Assembly (NCBI GenBank): GCA_964016885.1
Contig: OZ024742.1
Span: 257,548,001 to 257,612,000, forward strand
Reading direction: 5' to 3'
Length of the DNA stretch: 64,000 bases
Source: Eledone cirrhosa
Lineage: Eukaryota
Position 1 is the first letter of the stretch. Every line of letters starts with the position of its first letter. The notes under the pieces were generated by a model. That model had not been told where the DNA came from and searched no databases. It was given only the letters and a program-made list of their open reading frames with translations. Below are positions 27,620 through 41,800 of this stretch, one piece after another. A program made the position numbers and the translations under genes.

Positions 27620-28346
27620 ATATATATATATATATGTCTATGTATGTGTGAGTATGTACTTATAACCACGTATGAGTAGGTGCGTGTGTGTGGGGGTGGA
27701 TAAGTGTGGTGTATATATATGTGTGTGTATATATATATATATATATATAGATATATGTGTGGGTGCGGGTGCATGCATATATATGGGCCTCTATATGTGT
27801 GTATGTGTATTTTTGGATACATGTATGTGTTTATGTGCAGCTCATAGGAATGTGTGCAGATGATTATACATGGAATATATATGCTTTTTATTATTACTAA
27901 TATTCTTGTTGTATTACTTTATCACATATCCTTTATATATATCCGTATATATCCGTATATGTATGTATGAATATGTGTACATGTGTGTGTGTGTATGGCG
28001 TGTATATATATATATATATATATATGGGGAGTTATATGTATATATATATATGATATTGTATATTATATTACATCGTATATTTTTTATGTTACGGTAATTT
28101 ACCGTTATTTTATGGTATATTGTTTTTTTATTGCATAATGTATTTTTAACTTTTAATTTACGGTTTTGTTTATATATGTATATGTGGAAGCACATGTGTA
28201 TGTAGGCAGATATGCATATGTGCAGGTATATGCATGTGGCAACACGTGTGCGTATGCATGTGTAGATGCATGTATATCGGCATATGTGTAGGTATATGTA
28301 TGTTTATATGTGGATGTGCGTATGCATGTTAAGTTGACGTTTTTTT

Positions 28347-28381
<35 letters not shown>

Positions 28382-29334
28382 TTATGTGTGTGTGTGTGTA
28401 TGTACGTGTGTATGTAATATTTGTGTACGTATGTGTATTTGTATGTATGTGTGGGCATGTGTGAGTATATATATGTGTGTGTATGTATGCATATGTGTGT
28501 ATATATACGTGTATACACATGTGTGTGTATATTTATGTATATATATGTAAGTGTGTATGTATATATGTGTGTGTATGAGTGTGTGTATATATATATATAT
28601 ATAAATGTACTTAAGGTTGGGCTTATGTATGTGTGTGCGCGTATGTATCTATATATGTGTATTTTTGAGTAGGCCATGCTTATCCCAACTGATACAGGGC
28701 GCAAAGTAAGCAGCCGTCATAAGGCTTTTGGCGATATGTATCAACAAGTGGATGTGACTGGGTCCGTGTAAGTGAGGGAGAGAGGGTGTGTGTATATATT
28801 TGTTATGTATGTGTAGGTATATGTATGTTTATATGTGGATATGTGTATTTGTATGTATGTGCCCACACATACATACAAATACATATACGTATACAAATAT
28901 TACATACAAATACATATTTATGCATACACATACGTACGCATGTAGGCGTACAAATATGTATGTGTCTGCATGTGTGTGTGTTTATGTGTGCATTTTAGAA
29001 TGTGTGGGTGCTTACTCAGAAGTGTCAACAGACATGAGACATACTGAACCCAGCATGACTCCATCGAAATGTGTCGGACGGAAAATGACTGATGAACCGT
29101 GTGGCAGCAGATACTGACCAGAACTTGTGATGACGTGGAGTACAAACAGCCAATGGCATGACAAGAGTGGAAGTAGGGTTTTTTGAGGATGTTTTTTTAT
29201 GATAACACCCGAATGATAAAATTTGCTCCAGACGAAACACCCGTGTCTGAAAGAACCCGCAGAAGTAGAATCAGTCAGATCCATACAAGGACCATACTAA
29301 GTCCAGATGCATCACTGAGTGTTCGTTTTCTTTA

Positions 29335-29335
<1 letters not shown>
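27620..29335 (-). repeat. Right arm of the ~1.7-kb inverted repeat
   Basis: Reverse complement of 22262-24020 with moderate divergence. Confidence 0.88.
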
Positions 29336-29398
<63 letters not shown>

Positions 29399-29789
29399 TT
29401 ATATAACTTTGACGGTTGAGAGATATGAGTACTGAATACGAAGTGGAAGTTTATTATTCATTTTATAAGAGACAAGTAATGAGTCTTGTTATTCTAGAGT
29501 TCCGCTTCTTTATGACAGCGCCCCTCAGTCGGTTAATTTCGTAAGCGACTGGGAAAATATAATATTAAATTGAAGTGAAAAGCAACATGTCCATAGGCAT
29601 TTTGTTAGCGACATGTCCGACCAAAACTATAAAAATTGCTGTTTCAACAGATGATTAATCTTGCAGAGCTGAATATATATATATATATATATACTCAGTT
29701 GAAGGAAGTCGGTTGAGTGATAATCTGCCGACTTTTCCTAAACAGAAGTAAAGCACCCCATGGTATGTGTTCATCCGGAGTTTTATTAT

Positions 29790-30189
29790 AATAAAGAAAT
29801 ATTTGCCCAATGAATAATAACTGGTTAGAGAAAAATATTTACATGAGTGTGAAGTAAAAATGAGTAGTGTAACTTGATATATTGGTGACACTTCTACTAG
29901 ATTTAAGGAAAAGTGGTACAACCATTGTTCCTCATTTAAAAGATTATAAATGATCTAGCACTGCCCTGTCGGAACTTATTTGGTCGCTAATAATTAAACA
30001 ATTGCAATACTCCATTTCTTCGTCAAAGCTGTCACAATTTTTTCATATATAAATGGATCTATGTTAAGGGCGTGTGACCTCTGTTGTACAGAGACTCTTC
30101 ACATAATAAATAGTAGGCATAAAATTATTAATAAAACTTTTGATATCATTACTTCTTGATTACACAAAATGAATAAGACATTTCGTTGA
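29790..30189 (+). pseudogene. Decayed PLE GIY-YIG fragment
   Basis: YIGDTSTRFKEKWYNH, STALSELIWSL, CDLCCTE..TS*LH with several lesions; degenerate HHR (CTGAAGA at 30580 + long stem II) downstream. Confidence 0.75.
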
Positions 30190-30770
30190 GTACATAGTTA
30201 AAACTTAAATAATGTTAAGTATACCATCAAATAATTAATACAACATTCATTAATATATAGATACATTATAACATCAGCATTATTGTACAAATATCTAAAA
30301 CTAGGATTAGTATGTAAGTGAATATAATCTAGTATTAAAATCTAAATAATAAATGGACTAACAGTCCATACATGACTCATTAAGAATCAAGCGCCCAACC
30401 TTACAACTTGATACCCTAGCCAATTCACAAGCAGCAACGCCAATTGGAATATCTCTCTCCCACACATATGAGAATTGCTACTTAAGAATTTGAGACATAT
30501 GCTTACTGGTCGGTGAAGGGAATAACACGTATGACCGCTAACACACCAATGGATATCTACATTTCCTTTGGATTGTTGTCTGAAGAGAACACGTAGGGCA
30601 GCTGTTATAGAAGTGCTGCCATACGTCTTTCAAATAAATATAAGAAACTTAATAGGGATGGACACATAAAACGTTCTTACTCGTTCATTATTATTATTAT
30701 TATTGCATTGTCCTCATGTCGGCCCTTGTGGCTAATAAATGAAGTCATTATTATTATTGGAATATCTATA

Positions 30771-31010
30771 AGGGCGTTGGATTGGCAGTATCGGTAGAAG
30801 GTCGGACGCCATGCTTTGACGCATAAAGTTACGGCCCTTGCCATTCTGAGTTCAAATCCTGCCGTGGTTAAATTTGCCTTTCATCCTTACGGGATCGATA
30901 AAATAAAGTACCAGTCACGCACTGGGTCGATTTAATCGACTTTCCCCTCCGCCAAAATTGCTGGCCTTGTGCCTATATAAGAAACAATTATTATTATTAT
31001 TATTATTATT
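30771..31010 (+). mobile_element. tRNA-derived SINE with (ATT)n tail
   Basis: A box tggcagtatcggt, B box gagttcaaatcc, body gcctttcatcc..gataaaataaagtaccag; several copies in the window. Confidence 0.85.
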
Positions 31011-31029
31011 GCTATTGTTGTTGTTCTTT

Positions 31030-31405
31030 GAGTCTCAGTCATTGATGTTATTTAACTGGAAAGTTGGTTGAAATGAATATGAAGCCGCTACCTGCAGCCT
31101 CAGATATTCAGGACGTATCGGAGGGTTCTTGCTGTTCCCAGCAATCATGCTTTTGAAGTGTTCCAAAAAGCGGGGCCGTACTAATCTTCTTTAACCATCC
31201 ATGGAAACCCTTTGAGATAGTACCTAATGCGCCTATGACAATCGGGACGACCTTGATTTCATGGCAGTTCCAAATCCTTTTTAACTCCCTATTTAAGTCC
31301 TGGTATCGGTTAATTTTCTCCCTCTCCTTTTCTTGCCGTCTCGTGTCAAATGGGCAGGCTACATCTACAATCAGGCACGAGCTTTTTTCCTTGTCCAAAA
31401 CCACC
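31030..31405 (-). pseudogene. R4/Dong-type LINE 3' fragment (RLE domain)
   Basis: CLIVDVACPFD..EKINRYQDL..VVPIVIGALG; matches 45615..45920. Confidence 0.85.
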
Positions 31406-31579
31406 ATTTTTATTATTATTATTATCATTTTTATTTTCTTTCATTATTGTTTCTGAGATATATGCCGAGTTCCTTCTGACACATAGGGCAAATCAATTCA
31501 CAGTGTGCATTAGTAAGCCAGTAAATACAGTACATTGAGTATAATTAAAAGAAAAACTGTATACATATATACGCATATG

Positions 31580-31975
31580 TAAATACAAGGAGGGATATCA
31601 ATCTTACAGAGATAGTGCTCTTCTCAATACGTGTGCAGTACCAGTCAAAACAATTTTTTGCACCTCATGCAAAGAGGGTAAACCAGGAATCATTCACAAA
31701 TATTGTTCTGTTCCTTTCTTGATCATTCCCAGTCCTCCCACAATCCCTGGTATTCTAACGGCCTTGAGGTGCCACATTTTATCATTTTCAATAAGCAGAT
31801 CTTTATATTTTCGTAGCTTGTCAAATTCTTTTGCCGCAATACTGTGATCACATGGAATACTCATATCTATCACTAAACAGACCTTGTTATGTTGAACTTT
31901 AATAATGATATCAGGTATATTTGATTTTATGGTCCCGTCAGTATGTACAGGAAAGTCCCAGAGAATTGTTATTTC
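31580..31975 (-). pseudogene. R4/Dong-type LINE 3' fragment of another subfamily
   Basis: Reverse translation ILWDFPVHTDGTIKSNIPDIII..LVIDMSIPCD..KEFDKLRKYKDL..VGGLGMI. Confidence 0.75.
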
Positions 31976-31984
31976 CTATCATTA

Positions 31985-32371
31985 TTGGCAGTATCGGTAG
32001 AGGGTCGGACGCCATGCTTTCCAGCATAGTTACGTCCGTTTACGATCTGAGTTCAAATCCCGCCGAGGTTGACTTTGCCTTTCATCCTTAAGGGGTCGAT
32101 AAAATAAAGTGCCAGGTATACACTGGGTAATTACTGGCCTTGTGCCTAAAGTAGAAACAATTATTATTATTATTATTATTATTATATACGTCAAAGCATG
32201 GTGCATGACGCCATGCTTTGACGTATGGAGTTACGGCCCTTGCCTTTCTGAGTTCAAATCCCGCCAAGGTTAACTTTGCCTTTCATCCTTACGGGGTCGA
32301 TAAAATAAAGTACCAGTAATGCACTGGGTAATTGCTGGCCTTGTGCCTAACGTAGAAACAATTATTATTAT

Positions 32372-32372
<1 letters not shown>
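31985..32372 (+). mobile_element. Two tandem tRNA-derived SINE copies
   Basis: Same B box and body as 30771; copies at 31985-32183 and ~32205-32372. Confidence 0.82.
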
Positions 32373-32421
<49 letters not shown>

Positions 32422-32471
32422 TGCATACGTATATATAATAATAATAATACGTACAATAGTAATAATAATAA

Positions 32472-33278
32472 TGAGTTCTTTATTGGCCACAAGGGCTGAC
32501 ATTAAGAAAAAACATTACAGATGCCACAGGACGGTACAAGACGGTACGATGTGGGTTGTGTTAGTGTAAAGAGTTTTATTATTTACTAGCAGTAAAGCCC
32601 GGCGTTGCTCGGGGTCGCTCAGTAGCTGTGTTAAAGTTACAATGTTAAGTTTCTTTTTTGGCTTAAAGTCTGTCTGGACGACTGTCTGTCTGCACGCCTA
32701 ACGAAATTTACAGATACATATATTTTAAATAAACTTATATCATTTTTGCTTTTTTTTACGAAATATTTGCTTGTTTTACGTAGTCTTTAAATAGACTTGT
32801 TTTCAAGTAAAAATATTGTTTTAAAAGGCTTTTAAATGAAAATGAAGCAAAACGGAAGCTTAGTGTTCGAACTGATGAATTTTGCAGGTCAACATTTTGC
32901 TGGCTCGACAACTGTTCGTGTATTGTGTTAATGTCATTTTAAACGCTGAGAAAGCCAGCGTAATTTTTTTAATTTTTGCACGCAGAAAATGTAAACAGAA
33001 CGTAAGACGCTCAATGTAAACAGAACAAAGGGAAATAACTCGTCACTTACGCTCAAAAATCGATACATTAGATTCGATTTCGTCACATAGGGTGGGTCAA
33101 TTTTAAATATTTTTTTCCGATGTCTTCGCTAGGGCTCAATGTATAAGTATAGCAATTTCGGTGCAATGCCGTCAGAGATTCTAAGAGGAGATGTGTGCCA
33201 AAAATCGATAGACAGACAGACAACCACAGCTTTATATATATAGATATACGAAATGAAAAAGAAAAAAAAGACATAGAA

Positions 33279-33310
<32 letters not shown>

Positions 33311-36300
33311 AAAAAAATGAAAATTCAAACAATGAAAAATTCTCCAATAGGGGGGAAACCTCCGAGCGTTACTCGTGGTGAAAAGCACACAAAAGACCAC
33401 GGACACTCTTACCACCAGGGCAAGCGTCCTCTGTTAAATGTTTCCATTCCTCAAACTACACGCGTATGTTGAGAGCGGTCCCGTTCACTTGGACCATTCT
33501 CGCTACATTCACCCCTCTTTCAACAAATTTGCTAGAAGACAGCACTTGCCTCTCCACCCTGATTTCCATCTTCAAGTGAAACATGAAAAAGTTAATACAA
33601 AAGTGTCTGTCTTAAACCCTTTCAACCTTGTCGACCACACAATCTATTTCGCCATGGCCACCAGGCAGATGAAAACTGCTGCCCTTCCTCCTCGAAGGAA
33701 GACGGCGAGACCATCTGCACAATGGACTCAGTCGATAACCGGATCGGTCCTATACGCGACAGCAACTGTTCGACATAGCTCCACAAGTCAGCAATGCTCG
33801 GGCACTGAACAAGTGCGTGCACGACGGTTCCGTCGCTCTGCGCGAATCTCGGACAGGCTCGGCTGACGGCATTTCCGTGATTGTAGAGCTTATCTCGGAT
33901 CGGCAACGCTCGCCGGTAGCACTGCCAAGCCAGGGATTTCTGAAAGTTATCCATAGGCCCTTGGCTGAAAGTTCTCCGGAGGAGAGAAAACAGCTGAACT
34001 TCTTCGACGCCCAGGATTTCACCGACAACGTCGTCACTCTTTCCCTGCACTAGTCCTCTATAGAACACCGAGGTGGATGTTCCACCGATACTGGTGACCA
34101 GCTGGAAGAAGGCGATGAGCGCCTGGAGACAGTGCAGTTTCCAAGCGCTATCCCTCGGTCTTTTCCTGACCCAGCTCTGCAGCTCCGTCAAGGAGAGGGG
34201 GTGTGGGAAAACGTGCCTGTCGAACGGCGACCACATCTGTTCACCGTCAAGAAAGCACCAGAAATGTCGCAGCCTCAGCGCATGTTTGTGTATTATCAGC
34301 CATGGCATGCCCAGTCCTCCACACAACATGTGTTCACACTATTTGGATCGTCTGACCATGGGAGCGCGTCCCTTCCACAAAAAGCGGAAGATGAGGGTCT
34401 CCATTTTGGTGATGGTTGGGCCGGGGCAAGGGACACGGTCAGGCCGTAGCAGATGAGGGATGCGATGTACGCATTAGCCACCTCCGCCCGGCCTCTCGGG
34501 GACAGCTTCCTCTCGGCCCATTTCTAGGTGAGGGAGGCCACCCGGCTCGTCACTTCGCTCCAGTTTTTCTCCATCTGGAGGTCTGGTTCGAACAACACCC
34601 CGAGCAATTTAACCGGTCCGTCCGTCCAACGCCCCGCGACGCTGTTGGACTGCATGGAGTGCATGCCTCTCCAGGTGCCGAGCTGCAAGCCCACTGACTT
34701 TTCCTGGTTTATATTTGCTCCTGTCACCGCTCCGTATTCCTTGAGAGAGGTCATGAGCATCTGGACGTGTCTGGTACTTGACACCACCACGGTGACGTCG
34801 TCGGCGTAAGTCGATTCGGATTTCCCGAATCCTATTTAGCGTGAGACGCCCCTCATCGCTTTCAGTTTGTGCAGTAACGGCTCGAGAGACAATACGTACC
34901 AAAGGGACGAGAGGGGACAACCCTGCCAGACAGAGCTCACGGCTGCGACAGGTAACCGTTCACACTCACAACCGAGCAGATATCGCTGTACATCGCAGCG
35001 ATCTAACCCCTGAAAACGAGCCCGAAGCCGGCTGCATCGAGGACCGCCCGCAGTCAGGTACCGATGTTCGACCCAACCGAATGCTTTGGATTAATCCAAG
35101 CTAATCAGGGCCCCACCCATGCCAGGTTCCTTAACCATCCTCTCTACAATGTATCATGAGGTGGAGCTTGTCGTGTATAGATCTGTCCGGAATGGCGCAT
35201 ATCTGCTCCTCTCCCACCAGATCTTCGACGACAAGCGCCAACCTCGGTGCTAACACCTTGGCCAAAATCTTGAACTCTGCGTTTAGCAGAGTTATGGGTC
35301 TGAAGTTATCGATAACATCCCCCTTGTTCGGGTCTTTTCTCAGCAGCGCCACCGCTCCCCGGCTCAGAAAACTGGGAATGCTCCCGTTCTGCTGCCAGGT
35401 GCTGTAGGGTCTGCAAGAGGTCACCGAACAAGTCAGGCATAAATGCATAAAGCTCATAGGGCAAACCATCCAAACCTGGCGATTTATAGCCATCGCTTCC
35501 CGTATTTCACCTGCTGTTATTGGCTTTTCACAACACTGTACTGCGGTCGTCGAGAACCGAGGCAGTCCTTCGAGGTATGCACTGAAGTCCATACCCCGAT
35601 CCGGCCCGCCGCTGGTCCAGAACAGTTCAGTAAAGTGCTGCTGAAAAGCCTCACACATCTGCTCGGGTTCGAGCAACACGCGCCCGTTTTAGTCAGACAA
35701 AGACTGAATTGTCGCTTATTCCCACGTCGCGGCTCTGCACCAGGGCCCATTGGACGGCCTCCGCCCCCTTATCTTTCAGAGCACGCGCTCTCGCTCTGAA
35801 AACGCAGTCTTCGTTTTTTGCGTTGAAGAACTGGTCGAGTGCCAATCTCGCCGCAAGCACGTCGGTTGCGATGCCTGTCCTAAACGCCTCATCTAGATTT
35901 CTGTCTACCTCTCCCTCTACTCTCTTTTCCTCTATCACTAGTCCTTTGCTAAACCTAATCAACTTTACTTAATTGCCCTATTGAGGGCCAACCACCATCT
36001 TAACTAATGAGCTAACTCGGTCTCTTGAGGTTTTGCGCGCCGTGAAAGACACGTTCAGCTTCCAGTAACCGGTTCCTTGTCTATGAAATCTGTCTATGTC
36101 GATCTCGCAGATCACAGATTTGTGGTCTGTGTAGTCGAATATATTAAATTGTGGACAACTTATACTAGCTTTATCTAGTTCTCTGCAGAATACCTCATCG
36201 GGATACGATCTAGATGACCCGATATGGTTTGTCCATGTCCACATTGGCACAGTCGATACATGGCAGACAGTTCAAAACATCTGAGCAGGTTGGTGAGTCT

Positions 36301-38230
36301 CTTGCACCCTCCTCCAATATCCACTAGCCCCACATAATCCCGGCCTGCATCCAAGATACCGTTCCAGTCGCCCACTAACACTAAAGAGCGGGACCTTCCA
36401 AGAAAGGTCTATAGACGTCTGAAGAAATCTGCCCGTCCTGTCGCAGTTGGGGCGTAGACGGCTACTAGACTGAAAGCATTGCCCTCGCTGCCGCTCACGT
36501 CCAGCACCACCGACTTAAGTTCTCGGTCCAGGAAGATATCTTGGCGATATCCAAGCCTCTCCGAAAAAGGACAGCAAACCCTCCCTCCGATCCTGGAAGG
36601 CTGGGAGATGCGTATACATCTTAGCCGCCGAAGATCGGTGCGAAGGCTCGTGCTTCGGAGATTCTACTCTCGCTGATGGCCACCGCATATATGTTTAGTG
36701 ACCTGAGGTCGTTGAGCAGGTGACCCTGCTTCCAAGATGCCCCTAGGCCACGTGAATTTATACTGCCTATTCTAAGTACGGCCATGTTGGATGAGAAACG
36801 GGGCAAGTGAGAAAGGTCACTTACCTTGATCGTGTGGTTAAGGGACAGTATAACCCTCCCTTTGGCTGGTCATGGGTGTTTCTAAGAGGATGTCAGTGTA
36901 TATCCTCTTGGCAACGGACCCTCTGAAGTCTCCAACTGCGTTGAGGAATTTTTGTTTTGAAGGTTTGTACTGTTGTATTTTGATATCAATGATGCTTATG
37001 TTTCTCGGGTGAGTTCTTGGTGATGGTGGGGTGTAGTAGTTTTATTTTGTCATGTCTGTGTGCTGCTTTATATGTTGTATGAGGTCTTTATTTGTCATGA
37101 TTCTGACTGTGTACCTTTTTTTTTGGGGGGGGGGGGGGGGTGATTTTGTTGCTGGTGCAGCTACTGCAAATGTAGCTATTGGTGTTGCCGCCACTGATGC
37201 TGCTGCTTTAGTTGTCCGTGGTACCGGTGCCATGGACGTTGCCCTCCTACTCACCGTGGAAGGGGCTTCTGCGTTTGTTTCCTCTCCTGCTCTTGGTAGC
37301 AGCGGACTAGGTATTGGGAGGAGAGGGGCCTTCTTCTTCGCTGTCTTCTCCGGGAAAGAGGCCCTGAGGTGACCCTTTGACCCACGAAGATAACATTTTG
37401 GCCGTCTACCTTCCACGCTCATAGGGAGTTGGAGTCCTTCCTCGAGGTCTATGTTATAAGGGATAGAGTCGATACACTCCTGGTCAGTTTGTATAAGCAT
37501 TTGCATGCCTATAGCTCACCAGTTCTCTCTCCCTATTTTCTCTACTTGCAGCAGGGTCGACCTTTCCTCGATTCCAGCAAGGACAAACGCGGCCAGCCAA
37601 GGTATGGGCAAGTGGGTTGGGACCTGAGGTCACTTTGACCCTCACAATTTTCTGCCCGCAGTAGGATGGCACCAAGACTATCTTCTCACTATTCAAGGTT
37701 TCTAAAGAGTGAGATTTCGCTTCTGGGAGGGTGGCGAAATGTACGTCTACTGGGGCGTTCTTTCTTCCTCGGTTGATGTGGGTTTTGCGCACCCAGACGA
37801 ACCCCAAGGCCTTTTGGTTTTGAGCCTCCGTGGCACGGTCCACCCGATGTGACAGTTTGTTACGGTGCGGTATGTCACCGTCCGTAGCTGCTGGTCCTTG
37901 AAAAAAATCGGGTGCAGGTTTCAGGGAAAATCTATTGGCCTTTCTTGTCACCATGACCCTTGCGACTGCCATCTCCTTCTCTGTGACTAACACTGTTTCG
38001 ATATATCGGGCCACACCTGCAAAAGAGGTGGTCCCTTTTTCAGCAGCACCACTATTGCTGCCGCTACTGGTCTTGCTGGTGGTGCTGAGATCGCTGTTAC
38101 AGGTATACGTGTCATTGTTGATGTTTTCGTTGGTATAATAAATGCAATCATCTCTGTGGCTGAATATGACAAGGCTGCATATATATTTTAAAATATTTCC
38201 CCAATACAATTTCCTTTTTTTACATTTTGG
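32472..38230 (-). mobile_element. Decayed L1/Tx1-clade LINE, full length, 3' UTR interrupted by a HINE-like element
   Basis: Collinear with 38560-44455: ORF1 pieces 37042..38209, APE (LRIGSINSRGLG, GDWN, YTDH), RT (FRPITLLN, YADD), zinc finger; many stops and frameshifts. Confidence 0.9.
32584..33246. mobile_element. Non-autonomous Helentron/DINE-1-like (HINE-type) element
   Basis: tactagcagtaaagcccggcgttgctcggg ... (gaca)n ... ctttatatatatagat; end motifs shared with 7948-8601. Confidence 0.65.
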
Positions 38231-38309
38231 TCGGTTGTGGCTAAATTTCAGATTTTGAAATGGACAGTTGAAACATCACTTTTATCTCCCACTACCACAT
38301 TCACAAACA

Positions 38310-38512
38310 CTGGGGACTATCTCCAAAAGTTTCCAGGGATGGTTAAAGAAAATCGGCCCCTTCGCGCTTTTTGGAACGCGTCAAAAGGCATGCTTGCTGG
38401 GTACAGCAAGAACCCTCCGATACGTCCTGAATATCTGAGGCTGCAGGTAGTGGCTTGATATTCATTCCAACGGACATTCCGGTTAACTAACATCAATGAC
38501 TGAGACTCAAGG
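38310..38512 (+). mobile_element. R4/Dong-type LINE extreme 3' fragment ending in (AAT)n
   Basis: Matches 45795-45990 and 44590-44795. Confidence 0.8.
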
Positions 38513-38804
38513 AGTAATAACAATAATAATAATAATAATAATAATAATTATAATAATAATGTTTTCTTTATTAACCACAAGGGTTTACATAAAGTAGACA
38601 TTAAGGACAGTACAGGACAATACAGGACGGTACAAATGGTCATTTCTGCGTGTAAAAAAAACGGAGGTTGAAATAAAATAACAAAGAAAGATTCCCCAAT
38701 AGGGGGGAGACTTCCGAGGGACATTTGTGGAGAAAGCCCATTAAAAGACCACAGTGGCCCTGACCACCAGGGCAAGTGCCCTCTCCCAGTTTTCCACCTT
38801 TAAT

Positions 38805-41800
38805 TTACAGACACATACTCAGAGAAGGCCCATTCATTCGGGCAATACTTGCTTCTCTCACCCATCTTTCAACAAAATGCTGGGAAGAGAGCACTCCCCT
38901 CTCTACCCTGATTTTCCTTTTCAAATGAAATTTGAAAAAGTTAATCAGGGCATCACCGAAGAGGTAAGTGCTCGTCTTCAGCCCTTTCAAACGTGTCCAC
39001 CATACTATCTCTTTCGCCATGGTCACCAGACAGATTAAAACTGCCTGCCCTTCCCGGTTAAAGGAAGGGGGCGGGGCAATCCTCACGATGGATGCAGCTG
39101 ATAGCTGGATCCGTCCTACACGTGACATCAGGTGTTCGACATAAACCCACAAGTCAGCAATGCTCGGACACTGGACGAGTGCGTGCAGGACGGTTTCGTC
39201 GCCCTGTGCGCATCTCGGACATGCCCGGTTGACGGCACCTCCATGCCTGTAAAGTTTATCCCGAACTGGCAAAGCACCCCGGTAGCACTGCCAGGCCAGG
39301 GATTTCTGGAAGTTGTCCATAGGCCCCGGCCCGAAAGTCCTTCCGAAGAGATTGGCTAGTTGATTTTCGTCGAAGCCTAGAGTTTCTCCAAGTACGTCGT
39401 CGCTCTTCCCCTCCACTAATCCCCTATAGAACGCCAAGGTGGAGTTTCCACCGATCACATTGCCCGATTGGTCGAGGGCTGTGAGCGCCTGAAGACATTC
39501 CAGTCTCCAAGCGCTCCCTCTCGGTCTTCGCTTGACCCAGGACTGCAGCTCCGTCAAGGAGACGAGCTGGGGAAAAACGTGTCTAGCAAACGGCGACCAC
39601 ATCTGATCACCGTCGAGGAAGAGGTGGAGATGTCGTAGCCTGAGCGCGTGTCTGCGCATCATCAGCCACGGCATGCCCAGCCCTCCACGTAGCGGGTGTT
39701 GACAGCAGATGGACCGCCTGACCATCGGAGCGCGTCCCTTCCACAAGAAGCGAAAGAGCAAACGGTCCAGCGCAGTCAGGCGGGGCTTAGGACAAGGTAC
39801 GACGGTCAGGCGGTAGTAGATGACGGACGCGATGTTCGCGTTAGCCACCTCCGCTCGACCTTTCAGGGATAGCTTCCTCTCGGCCCATTTCTGGGTGAGA
39901 GAAGCCACCCTGCTCGTCACCTCGTCCCAGTTTTTGTCCGTCTGGAGGTCTGGACCGAACCAGACCCCTAGCAATTTAACCGGTCCGTCTATCCAGCGCC
40001 CGACGACGCTGTTGGACGGCATGGACCTGCCTCTCCAGGTGCCGAGCTGCAGGCCCACTGACTTTTCCTGGTTGATCATTGCTCCTGTCACCGCTTCGTA
40101 TTCTCTTAGTGTAGTGCCGATCGCCTCGATGTGTTTGGCGTTCGACACCACTACGGTGACATCGTCGGCATATGCTGACACGGATCTTCCGCATCCTAGT
40201 TCGCGCGGGATCCCCCCTCAACGTCTCCAGTTTGTGCAGTAATGGCTCGAGAGTCAATACGTACAATAGGGACGAGAGGGGACATCCTTGGCGGACCGAG
40301 CGCATGATGTTGTACGGTTCCGAAAGGTGACCGTTCACTCTCACTGCAGAGCAGATGTTGCTGTGCATGGCAGCGATCCAGCCTCTGAAGACGGGCCCAA
40401 AGCCAGCCGCCCTCAGGACTGCCTCTAGGTAACGATGGTCGACCCTATAGAAGGCTTTCGACTGATCTAAATTGATCAAAGACCCACCCGTGCCAGGTTC
40501 CCTAGCTACCCTCTCTACGATGTATCGCATGAGGTGGAGGTTGTCGTGGATGGATCTGTCGGGAATGGCGCATGTCTGTGCCTCTCCCACCAGACCACCA
40601 ACGACAAGCGCCAACCTCTTTGCTAGCACCTTGGCCAAAATCTTGAACTCTGTGTTTAGCAGAGTTATGGGCCTAAATTTATCTATGTTATTCCCCTTGT
40701 TCGGATCCTTTCTCAGCAGCCCCACCGCTCCTCGGCTCACAGAGCTGGGAATTCTCCCGTTCTGTTGCCAGTTGCAGTAGACGTCCGCCAAGAGGCCTCC
40801 GAACAAGTTTGGCATTTGTACGTAAAGTTCATAGGGCAGACCATCCAAACCAGGCGATTTACCCCTTGTGCAACTAGTCATTGCATCCCGTACTTCAGCG
40901 GTTGTTATGGGCTTTTCGCAACACTCCGCCTCAGTGGTCGAAAGCCGCGGCAGTCCGTCGAGGTAGACACTAAAGTCCATCCCTCGATCCGGCCCGCCAC
41001 TGCCCCCGAATAGTTGAGCGAAGTGTCGCTGAAAAGCTTCACACATTTGCCCGGGATCGAGTAGCATGCGCCCGTCGTGGTCCACCAAAGACCGGATCGT
41101 GGCTTTGTTGCCACGGCGCGCCTCCGCCACTCGGGCCCATTGAACGGATTTCGTCCCCTCGTGTCTGAGAGCACGCACCCTAGCTCTGACAACGCAGCCT
41201 TCGTACTTTGCATTGAAGAATTGGTCAAGGGCCAGTTTCGCCGCAAGTACGTCGGTAGCGATGCCTTTGCTAAGCGCCTCATCTAATTTTCTAACTAATT
41301 CTCCCTCTGCTCTATTTTTCTCTATTGCTAAAGTCTTACTAAACCTAATGGACTCTATTCTAATTGCCCTTTTCAGAGCAAACCACCACTTGTTGTTGAC
41401 GATGGCCCCCGTCAACGCCAGCTTAACTAGTTCGCTAATCCGGTTTCTGTAGGCCTTGCGCGCTGGTAAGGACGCGTTTAGCTTCCAGTAGCCGGGTCCT
41501 CGTCTATGAAGCCTATCTAAGTCAAGCACACAGATCACGAATTTGTGGTCCGTGTAGCTGACTATCTTGAATTGTGGACAGCCTATGCTAGATCTATCTA
41601 TTTCCCTACAAAATACTCTATCTAGATATGATCTGGATGACCCTATGCGATTTGACCAAGTCCACATTGGTACATTCGGGAAATCCATTCGGTACCTGTC
41701 AGACAGTTCAAAACGTCTGAGCAGGTTGGTGAGACTCTTGCACCCTCCTTCCCTATCCACTAATCCCACACAATCCCAGCGTGCATCTAAGATCCCGTTC

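Noticed and set aside
30771-30870. tRNA gene
   Set aside because: A and B boxes present but no cloverleaf; continues into a SINE body and tail
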